Origin: Acidimicrobiia bacterium
GTDB taxonomy: Bacteria > Actinomycetota > Acidimicrobiia > Spongiisociales > UBA11373
Direction: 5' to 3'
Assembly (NCBI GenBank): GCA_040878325.1
Contig: JBBDMM010000004.1
Span: 62,001 to 104,484 of the forward strand
Length of the DNA stretch: 42,484 bases
This document shows positions 35,116 to 42,484 of this stretch, piece by piece. Below the pieces are notes generated by a model that had not been told where the DNA came from, made no database searches, and saw only the letters and a program-made list of their open reading frames with translations. Position 1 is the first letter of the stretch. Every line of letters begins with the position of its first letter. The translations under genes and the position numbers were made by a program.

Positions 35116-35679
35116 ATGGCACGAAAGCTGATCCTGATGTCGGGGGTGTCCCTCGACGGGTTCATCGAGGGACCGAACCGAGAAATCGATTGGCACATGG
35201 TCGACGAGGAGCTCCACCAACACTTCAACGACGAGATCGCCACCATGGGTGCGTTACTCGGCGGGCGTGTCACCCATGAGCTGATGGCGGCATTCTGGCC
35301 AACAGCCGACGAGAACCCATCGAACCCACCCACGATGATCGAGTTCGCCCGCATCTGGCGGGAGATGCCCAAGTTCGTGTACTCGAGGACTCTGAAGCAA
35401 GCCGACTGGAAAACCACGATCGTCCGGGAAGTGGTTCCCGCCGAAGTCGAGGAACTCAAAGCGCAACCCGGCGGCGATCCGCTCCTCGGCGGCTCCGACC
35501 TGGCCGTGTCCTTCATGGAGCACGACCTGATCGACGAATTTCGGATCTACGTACACCCGGTCCTCATCGGTCGGGGGAAGCCATTGTTCTCCCGGCCTGA
35601 CACCATGCTGGTCCTCCGGCTGGCGGAAACCCGGGCCTTTGGCAACGGCGTCGTCCTCCTGCGGTATCTGCGCCACTGA
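35116..35679 (+). CDS. Dihydrofolate reductase-like (RibD C-terminal domain) protein
   Basis: VSLDGFIEGP, LLGGRVTH, PKFVYSRTL, DLIDEF, PVLIGRGKPLF, GVVLLRY. Confidence 0.9.
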   Translation: MARKLILMSGVSLDGFIEGPNREIDWHMVDEELHQHFNDEIATMGALLGGRVTHELMAAFWPTADENPSNPPTMIEFARIWREMPKFVYSRTLKQADWKTTIVREVVPAEVEELKAQPGGDPLLGGSDLAVSFMEHDLIDEFRIYVHPVLIGRGKPLFSRPDTMLVLRLAETRAFGNGVVLLRYLRH

Positions 35680-35682
35680 CCC

Positions 35683-36108
35683 TCAACGGGAGTCCCGACC
35701 CGCCGCCCACACCTCGTACGCCACGCCTTCCATCCACTCCTCGAACCGGGCGGCGCGGAAACGGGTCTTCGCCTCTTCGAACAGACCCGGGTCGGGTTCA
35801 TGCCGCAACGCGTTCATGACGAGGTCGAGTTGAACCTCCCAGCCGCGCGAGCCAAGGGCCTCATCCACTCCGTTGCGCCAATCGGGGAGCGTGGCGTCGC
35901 GACGCTCCGACCAGTACCCGGCGAGTTTGCGGGCGAGGCGGACCGCCAGCCGCAGCACCCGGGCATCCTCTCTGGAAACGAGCGGCCCCAGCGAGTCAGA
36001 GGCGTCGGCCAACCAGTCGACGAGCACCGGATCGTCGATCTCGTCGGGGCTCTCGACTGCCCGCCGAAACAGGTCATCGACCGCGGCCGCCGCCTCGGTG
36101 GCGCTCAC
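35683..36108 (-). CDS. Hypothetical protein
   Basis: 141-aa ORF with GTGA overlap to the pckA stop; no recognised motif. Confidence 0.65.
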   Translation of the reverse strand: MSATEAAAAVDDLFRRAVESPDEIDDPVLVDWLADASDSLGPLVSREDARVLRLAVRLARKLAGYWSERRDATLPDWRNGVDEALGSRGWEVQLDLVMNALRHEPDPGLFEEAKTRFRAARFEEWMEGVAYEVWAAGRDSR

Positions 36109-37622
36109 ACCAGGTTGGCGATCTCCGGTTGGAGATCGGGGTACTTGGCCATGTGGGCTCGACGGTCGGCGTGAAGTTCTTCGACCAAGTCGGCGTACTC
36201 CTCAGAGCGGCCTTGGGACTCGTAGAGCAGCCGTGGACGGAGGACATGGGGGTCGTCGACCCCGGGTACCGAGGTGGCCACCAGGTAGCCGAAGTCCGGG
36301 TCGAGTTCCCACTCGATCGAATCAGCGGCAATGCCGGCGACGATGGCGGCCGAAATCTCCGGGGTGACCTTCTTCGACCGGTCGTCGTCTCCCCCGCCGC
36401 CCACCCGCCCGGTGTTCAGCACATAGACCGCCATGTCGCAGGTGTCGAGGATCTCCCGGAGGCGATTCGCCTGCCACTCATGGCGATACGCGAAGAACGG
36501 ATTGGTGCCGGGCACGCGTAGGAACTTGCCTGCCTCGGCCTTGCCGCCCGCACTCGTTCCCTGGGTCTCACCGAGCATGAAGTAGGCAGCCGCCTGATCG
36601 GCATTCAGCCTGGTCACCGCGGGGATGATGCTGGCGTTGCGGTTGAGCAGCAGCATGAAGTCGGCCTTGTCGACGTTGGCAGGCGCCAGGAAGCCGGGAA
36701 TGTCGGTCGCGGCGATCACCGCCCGACCGTTCTCGGTGTGCGACTTGTCATGGAAGTCGACGTGGCCGCTGTCATCGATCGCCACGTTCTCCAGATACGA
36801 ACCGGGTTGGGTTGCCCCGTGCCACACCGCAGGCTCCGACTCGGGGGTCAGGCCGTACACCTTGGCGAACGTTCCGTTCTCGGTGCCGTACACCTTGCCG
36901 CCGGGGAACAGGGCCACGAAGTCATCCTGCACCGGCGAGCCTCCCCCGGTCTGCGAGAAGGTGGTGGTGGTTTTGCCAGTCCCGGAGAGGCCAACCACCA
37001 GGCCGACCCTCCGACCACCGTCGCCGTCGAGCACCTTGAGCCCGCTGTGGAGGGCGAGTCCACCCCGCCGGTACATCAGGGCGTCCCACATGCGGAGGCC
37101 GCTCATCTTCGATTCGCCGAAGTAGTCGGCGTTGAACACCCGGGTGACCCCGTTGTCGAGGTCCACGGCGATGACCCGGTCGTCGGGGTAGCCGGGGGCG
37201 GTGAGCGACGGGGTATAGATGACGTGGAATTCGGGGTCGGCGTCGTCGTCGGCCGGGAAGTAGAGCAGCGCCTGCTTGGCGGCGATGTTGGCGTTCTCCT
37301 TCTCGATCACCAGGCGAGTACGCACGCGGGCGTCGGGATGGTCGCCGATATACCCGTCGAGCACGACGACGTCCTTGCCGAGCAGGTGCTCGTCCTGGCG
37401 CGCCGCCAGCGCCTCGTACTCGGCACGGGTGATGGTGGGGTCGGTGTGCGAGGAAGGGTCGTCGGTGACGATGACGGTCGACTGCTTCGACCGGGCGGTC
37501 ACATGGGTGATCACGTCGAGGTTGCCGTAGGTAGTGAGATGGCTGGTCGGCTGTGCCTCGGTGAGCCGCCGCAGCTCGGCGGCGTCCGGGTTTTCGATGA
37601 GCGACCGCGCTCGAATCTCCAA
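36105..37622 (-). CDS. pckA: Phosphoenolpyruvate carboxykinase (ATP)
   Basis: TARS, YFGESK, LALHSG, GLSGTGKTT, QDD, ENG-FAK, LENV, TENGR, NPFF, LNTG; SD GGAG and TTG start. Confidence 0.88.
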   Translation of the reverse strand: MEIRARSLIENPDAAELRRLTEAQPTSHLTTYGNLDVITHVTARSKQSTVIVTDDPSSHTDPTITRAEYEALAARQDEHLLGKDVVVLDGYIGDHPDARVRTRLVIEKENANIAAKQALLYFPADDDADPEFHVIYTPSLTAPGYPDDRVIAVDLDNGVTRVFNADYFGESKMSGLRMWDALMYRRGGLALHSGLKVLDGDGGRRVGLVVGLSGTGKTTTTFSQTGGGSPVQDDFVALFPGGKVYGTENGTFAKVYGLTPESEPAVWHGATQPGSYLENVAIDDSGHVDFHDKSHTENGRAVIAATDIPGFLAPANVDKADFMLLLNRNASIIPAVTRLNADQAAAYFMLGETQGTSAGGKAEAGKFLRVPGTNPFFAYRHEWQANRLREILDTCDMAVYVLNTGRVGGGGDDDRSKKVTPEISAAIVAGIAADSIEWELDPDFGYLVATSVPGVDDPHVLRPRLLYESQGRSEEYADLVEELHADRRAHMAKYPDLQPEIANLV

Positions 37623-37654
37623 GGTCGGTCTCCAGGGTCGGGAGGCGGATCAGT

Positions 37655-37752
37655 CTAAGGGGGTGAGGGAATGGGCTCGCCCCGGGATCAGGTCTCGGCT
37701 TGCCACAGGCTGAGACCTGATGAGCCAGCGACCCATTCGCTCACCCCCTACG
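37655..37752. repeat. GTAG-type REP doublet (REPIN-like), copy 2
   Basis: Outer arms GGGGGTGAGGGAATGGG / CCCATTCGCTCACCCCC and inner ATCAGGTCTC / GAGACCTGAT; homologous to 23937-24022. Confidence 0.78.
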
Positions 37753-38566
37753 TCTCGGCAGCCACCTTCTCGGCAAAGGCGTCGGCGAACCGGCCCGTCA
37801 CCGGCCCGGTGGGGATGGCGGTCTCACCGAGAAGCACGATCGGTCTGATCTCCTTGAGAGTGGAGAGGGCGAACGCCTCGTCAGCGGTCCGCATCCGCCC
37901 GACCGGAAAGTGCCCCTGCGCGACCTGAACCTCCAAGTCCTCGGCGCATTCCAGCACCACCTCCCGGGTAATGGAGTGGAGGATGCCAAGGTCGAGAGAC
38001 GGGGTCTCCAGCCGCCCTTCGTGGGCCCAGGCGACCGTGAAAGTGGGGCCCTCGAGCACGATCCCGTCCCGATCGATCAGCAGGGCGTCATCGAACCCGG
38101 CCCGCCGGGCTGTGTCGGTCGCCGCCATGTTCGGGGCATAGGAGGTCCACTTGACCCCGGGGAACCCTCCAACATCGGCAGCGGGATGCCACGGTGCCGC
38201 CATCGGGATGACCCGGATCTCGGCCGGGACCGGCGGGTTCGGCTCCCAAATGAGTATCGCCCGGGACGGGGCGAGCGCCGGGTGGTCGCGGCTGCCGCCA
38301 GTGAGGACCAGCCGCACATGCCCCTCGCCGTTTGTCTCGGCGAGCGCCGCGATCCATTCAGCCAGGTCGCCGCGCCCCGGCATCGGGACACCGAGGGCAC
38401 CGGCGCTCCGCTCCAGGCGTGCGAGATGGGCGTCAAGGCGAAAGGGCGTGCTCCCGTAGATACGCACCACCTCGAACACCCCGAACCCTCGGAGCAGCCC
38501 CCAGTCGAGCACCGAAACAGACGCCTCGCTCTCGGACACCGGTCGGCCATCAATAAGAACACGCAT
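37748..38566 (-). CDS. Aminotransferase class IV (IlvE/PabC/D-amino-acid transaminase family)
   Basis: DWGLLRGFGVFE, HLARL, VKWTSY, EGPTF, GILHSITR, LSTLKE; start trimmed to MRVLIDG. Confidence 0.9.
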   Translation of the reverse strand: MRVLIDGRPVSESEASVSVLDWGLLRGFGVFEVVRIYGSTPFRLDAHLARLERSAGALGVPMPGRGDLAEWIAALAETNGEGHVRLVLTGGSRDHPALAPSRAILIWEPNPPVPAEIRVIPMAAPWHPAADVGGFPGVKWTSYAPNMAATDTARRAGFDDALLIDRDGIVLEGPTFTVAWAHEGRLETPSLDLGILHSITREVVLECAEDLEVQVAQGHFPVGRMRTADEAFALSTLKEIRPIVLLGETAIPTGPVTGRFADAFAEKVAAET

Positions 38567-38637
38567 CGACCCGAAGACTACGCGGGGTGAGGTGGCGACA
38601 TGCCGGCCAGGCAGCCATTGCGCCGTACCCTTCGGGG

Positions 38638-41376
38638 GTGTCTTCCTGGGAATCTGTCGAGGCGACGTTAGGGCCAAGCGCGCTGCGGGGCTTGCGGGGC
38701 GGGCCGGAGCCGGATGGGGCGGTGGCGCGGTTGGCATCGCTGCTCGAGGCCGTGCAGGAACTCGGCCGGGCCGATCTCGCCGAGGCACTTGTGGCGATCT
38801 GTGGCGCCTCGCGAGCGCTGCCCGGTATCGCATCGTCACTCGGGAACGACGCGACGGACATCCTCGCCTGGGAGACGCCGCCTCCCGTCACCTTCGCCGA
38901 CGGTGAGCCGGCCAACGCGCTGCGGCGCGGGGTGGCCGCCCATCTGCTGGGGATTGCTTCCCTCGACCTCACCGGCCGGCTCGACATGCCGGGGGTGGGG
39001 CGGGCCTTGAGCGAGGTGGCCGACGCCGCCGCCGGGCTGGCTCTGCAGGTGGCCACCGGCGACTCGGCGACCCGGGTGGCGGTGATCGCCCTCGGCAAGT
39101 GGGGCGGTCGGGAACTCAACTACGCGTCGGACATCGACCTGGTGTTCGTCCACGACGGCGACCAGGGTGAGGCGGAACGAATCGCCGTGTCGTTCGTCGA
39201 CCTGCTGGCGCGCCGGGTATCCGATGGCATCGCCTTCCGGGTGGATGCCGACCTGCGACCGGAGGGACGGTCGGGACCGATGTCGCGCTCGATCGACTCG
39301 TACCGCGCCTACTGGGAGCGGTGGGCAGAGACGTGGGAGTTCCAGGCGATGCTGAAGGCCCGGCCCGCGGCCGGTGACGCCGCGCTTGGCCGGGCCTTCC
39401 TCGATGCGGTCGACCCGTTCGTCTTTCCTGACACGCTTGGCGCCGACGCGGTCCGCAGCATCCGGGCGATGAAGGCGCGTACCGAACAGGAGGCGGGCGG
39501 TGATGACGAGTTGAAGCGTGGCGTGGGCGGCATCCGCGATGTCGAGTTCGCCGTCCAGTTGCTGCAACTCGTCCACGGGCGGGCCGACCCTCTCCTGCGG
39601 AGCGCCAACACGCTCGATGCGCTGACCCTTCTCGGCGAAGGCGAGTACATCCGCCACCAGGATGCCCTCGACCTCGCCGACGCCTACCGGTGGTTGCGCA
39701 ACGTCGAGCACCGGATTCAGCTCTACGACCTGCGGCAGACCCACACCCTTCCGTCCGATCCAGAAGGCCGGGCGAGGATCGCCAAGGCAATGGGGCTCCG
39801 CGACGATGCGGCCGACACCGCCCTGGCGCGGTTCGAGCGGACTCTCGTCGAACGACGCTCGCTGGTTCGCACCATCCACGAACGGCTCTTCTACCGCCCG
39901 CTGCTCGAAGCGTTCGCCTCCGCCGCCACCGATCCTCGCGCCGACCGCCAGGCTGCCGCCTTCGGCTTCACCGATTCGGAAGCCACTCGCAGTGCTCTGC
40001 AGGACCTGACCACCGGGCTCTCCCGCCGCAGCCGTCTCATGCAGCAATTGCTCCCGCTGATGATGGGTTGGGTGTCCGAGTCGCCCGACCCCGATCTCGG
40101 CCTCGCCCAACTGCGCCTGCTGGTGACGACCGCGGCCGGACACGACACGGTGGTGCCGGTGCTGCGCGACAACCCGGCCACGGCCGAACGGCTCTGCCTG
40201 TTGTTAGGAACCTCGCGGCTCGCCGGCCGCCTGATCGATCGGCTCCCCCCCACCCTTCCCCTCCTCGGCGACGACACCGCCCTGGCCGAAATCGCCGACC
40301 GGGACGCGCTCGCCGCCGAGGCACGGTCGAGGCTGATGGTCCGCGGCGACGCCGACTCGCGCGCCCAGGCGCTCCATCGGTTTGGGGCAGAGCGACTTCT
40401 GGTGATCTCTGCCGCCGACGTCGCCGGACTGGCCACCGTGGACGAGGTGGGGCATCGCCTGTCCGACACCGCGGATGCCGTGGTGGCGGCAGCCCTCGAT
40501 GAGGCAGTGGAATCCGTCGGTGCCGATGTCCCCCCGATCGCCGTCATCGCCATGGGGAAGTGGGGCGGACGCGAACTCAACTATGCGAGCGACCTCGACG
40601 CCCTGCTGGTGTTCCGCGGGTCGGGCTCCGCCGAAGACGACCAGGCGGCGGCCCGTGCCGTCGAGGCCTTTGTCGCCCTGATCGAACGCTCCTCACTTGA
40701 CCTCCCCTCCTTCGAGATCGACCTGGACCTCAGGCCTGAAGGCAAGAAGGGAGTGATCGCCCGTTCCCTCGACTCGTATGAGGCGTATTGGGATCGGTGG
40801 GCGGAAACCTGGGAGTTCCAATCACTGCTGCGGGCACGTGCTGCCGCCGGCGACCCCGACCTGGGTACCGAGTTCGCCGCGCAGGCGGCGGCTCGCGCCC
40901 ATCCCCCCAATCTGAGTGATGAGCAGCGACGCCAGATCCGAGCGATGAAGGTTCGAGTGGAGCAGGAGCGGATCCCGATGGGTGAGGACCCCGACTTCCA
41001 CATGAAGCTCGGCCGCGGCGGCATGTCGGACGTGGAATGGACCGTCCAGTTGCTGCAGATGGAGCACGGTTTCGCCGACCCCTCGATCCGTACGCCTTCG
41101 ACCCTCGAAGCGGTCGCCGCCCTCGAGACCGCCGGCCTGCTCACCCTCGACGAGGCGACCGCGCTGGCCGACGCCTACCGATTCTGTGCCACCGCCCGCA
41201 ACCGCCTGTTCCTCCGTGAAGGCCGCGGCCGCGACTCGCTACCCAGCGACGCCGAAGAGGCCGCCCGCCTCGCCCGATCCCTCGGCTACGACATCAACCC
41301 CCGCTCCACCCTCCGCGAGCAATACCGCCGAGTAACCCGCCGAGCCCGGAGAGTGATGGAGGCGAGGTTTTGGTAA
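38638..41376 (+). CDS. glnE: Bifunctional glutamine synthetase adenylyltransferase/deadenylase
   Basis: Duplicated GKWGGRELNYASD(I/L)D and DLRPEG...WE motifs, KRGVGGIRDVEF and KLGRGGMSDVEW; TACCCT-6 nt-GTG. Confidence 0.95.
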   Translation: MSSWESVEATLGPSALRGLRGGPEPDGAVARLASLLEAVQELGRADLAEALVAICGASRALPGIASSLGNDATDILAWETPPPVTFADGEPANALRRGVAAHLLGIASLDLTGRLDMPGVGRALSEVADAAAGLALQVATGDSATRVAVIALGKWGGRELNYASDIDLVFVHDGDQGEAERIAVSFVDLLARRVSDGIAFRVDADLRPEGRSGPMSRSIDSYRAYWERWAETWEFQAMLKARPAAGDAALGRAFLDAVDPFVFPDTLGADAVRSIRAMKARTEQEAGGDDELKRGVGGIRDVEFAVQLLQLVHGRADPLLRSANTLDALTLLGEGEYIRHQDALDLADAYRWLRNVEHRIQLYDLRQTHTLPSDPEGRARIAKAMGLRDDAADTALARFERTLVERRSLVRTIHERLFYRPLLEAFASAATDPRADRQAAAFGFTDSEATRSALQDLTTGLSRRSRLMQQLLPLMMGWVSESPDPDLGLAQLRLLVTTAAGHDTVVPVLRDNPATAERLCLLLGTSRLAGRLIDRLPPTLPLLGDDTALAEIADRDALAAEARSRLMVRGDADSRAQALHRFGAERLLVISAADVAGLATVDEVGHRLSDTADAVVAAALDEAVESVGADVPPIAVIAMGKWGGRELNYASDLDALLVFRGSGSAEDDQAAARAVEAFVALIERSSLDLPSFEIDLDLRPEGKKGVIARSLDSYEAYWDRWAETWEFQSLLRARAAAGDPDLGTEFAAQAAARAHPPNLSDEQRRQIRAMKVRVEQERIPMGEDPDFHMKLGRGGMSDVEWTVQLLQMEHGFADPSIRTPSTLEAVAALETAGLLTLDEATALADAYRFCATARNRLFLREGRGRDSLPSDAEEAARLARSLGYDINPRSTLREQYRRVTRRARRVMEARFW

Positions 41377-41420
41377 CGGGCCCTTCCGGCCCCGCAATCC
41401 GGGGCCACGCTCCAAAGACG

Positions 41421-41484
41421 CGTTTGATCTGAGCGCCCCCTTCGTCTGCCTTCGCTTCGCTCGGCATCCACCTCCCCCTTCGGG
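41421..41484. repeat. Truncated CGTC-family arm (IS target)
   Basis: GCGCCCCCTTCGTCTGCCTTCGCTTCGCTCGGCATCCACCTCCCCCTTCGGG; the terminal hairpin lacks most of its right half. Confidence 0.7.
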
Positions 41485-42431
41485 TGATCTCTCGCGGTTG
41501 TTGGCCGACGGTTTGGTGGTGACGCGCCAGCGGCGCATCCTTTCGGGTGTTACTAGGCCCGAAGGGAGCGCCGCTGTGCGTATGGAACAGGTTATTGCTC
41601 AGCATCGGATGCGGTTGTTGGCGGTGGTGGTGGCGGCACCGTCGATTAGGGAGGGTTGCCGGCGGGCGGGGATCCACTATTCGACTTACTACGACTGGGT
41701 CCATCGGATTGAACGGGAGGGGATCGAGGGGCTGTGTGGTCGGCCGGGTCGGGGTCGGGCGAAGTCGCCGCAGCGGTTGCGTCTGGAGTCTGAGGTGGTC
41801 TCGTTGGCGTTGGGGAATCCGCCGTGGGGTCCCGCCGGTTGTTCTATGAGCTGAGAAGCCGTGGAGTCGAGGTGGGGTCGATGTCGCAGGTATGGCGGAT
41901 CCTGCGGGCCCATCAGCTCAACACCAGGGAACGTCGCTGGCGGTTGATGGCCGCCTCACGGGGGATGCATCAAGCCGCGGTGGCCCTTCCGCAGCGGAAC
42001 CAGTCTCGGGTGGGGAAACTGGCTGCCGATCAGCCCGGGGACCTGGTCCAGATGGACTGTTTCCATCTCGGAACGTTGAAAGAGGCCCGCCTTGGGGTGG
42101 CCAAGACCCCAGGGGTGGTGTGGCAATACACCGCTATCGATGTCGCTTCATCGTTTGTGTGGGCCGAGCTGCACACCACAGCGAGGAATCCCTCCGCAGT
42201 CCACACCACCACCCTCGCCCAGCGGGTCGCCGCCGACCTCGCCTCATGGGGATGGCCCTTCAAACAGGTCTCCACCGACCGAGGCAACGAGTTCGTCGAC
42301 CACCGCTTCCCCGAAGCTCTCGCCAGCCTTGGGGTGCGGCATCGACTGATCGCCCCCGGACGACCCCAATCCAACGGCAAAGTCGAACAGGTCCAACACA
42401 CCATCCTCGACGAATGCTGGAAACCCGCCTT
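41485..42431 (+). mobile_element. IS481-family insertion sequence, disrupted
   Basis: HTH plus rve transposase. The left boundary is inferred from the break in the repeat at 41484/41485; the right part is replaced by an IS3-type end. Confidence 0.8.
41576..42431 (+). pseudogene. IS481 transposase with frameshift near 41831 and 3' truncation
   Basis: Frame 1 reads SIREGCRRAGIHYSTYYDW...NPPWGP; it continues in another frame as RRLFYEL...PGDLVQMD...AIDVASS...TDRGNEF...PQSNGKVE. Confidence 0.85.
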
Positions 42432-42484
42432 TGAATCGCCCCGGGTTTAGTGGCGGCTTGGTTGTCCCGGCAGCGGTTGCTGTC
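42432..42484. mobile_element. Terminal inverted repeat of an IS3-family (IS51-group-like) element, runs off the window
   Basis: TGAATCGCCCCGGGTTTAGTGG resembles the TGAACCGCCCCGG ends of IS6110/IS629; the IS481 ORF stops shortly after it. Confidence 0.75.

Overview
High-GC actinobacterial chromosomal segment. Acidimicrobiia-like is an inference from gene content (GlnE, PIN-PhoH, Mec/MoeZ, PucD-type Mo hydroxylase) and the many leaderless TANNNT-N6-8-start genes. Coding content is mostly housekeeping or metabolic: a heterodimeric ABC exporter, vapBC, 8-oxoguanine deaminase, a Zur-type zinc ABC locus, a three-subunit xanthine dehydrogenase-family enzyme, FAD and PLP enzymes, mec-moeZ, padR, phoH2, gpsA, an M23-RTX protein, lgt, ctaA/ctaB, selD-ferredoxin, mgtE, ATP-type pckA and glnE. 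The window ends in a frameshifted IS481 that is itself cut by an IS3-family end. The unusual signal is intergenic. (1) At least six spacers carry short arrays of different 7-bp tandem repeats; five C-rich arrays end in a shared GCA(A/G)GA motif and several are joined to a GCCGAGCGAAGCGAGGC hairpin. (2) There are two about 170-bp CGTC-tagged palindromic doublets plus two single arms. (3) There are two GTAG-type REP doublets. These repeats supply stop codons, possibly a start codon, and an IS target. A candidate about 105-nt sRNA with a C5 loop and its own promoter and terminator sits inside the densest repeat mosaic upstream of mgtE, and an unlisted 27-aa membrane microprotein gene is present. 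All functional calls come from motif recognition; no database searches were run.
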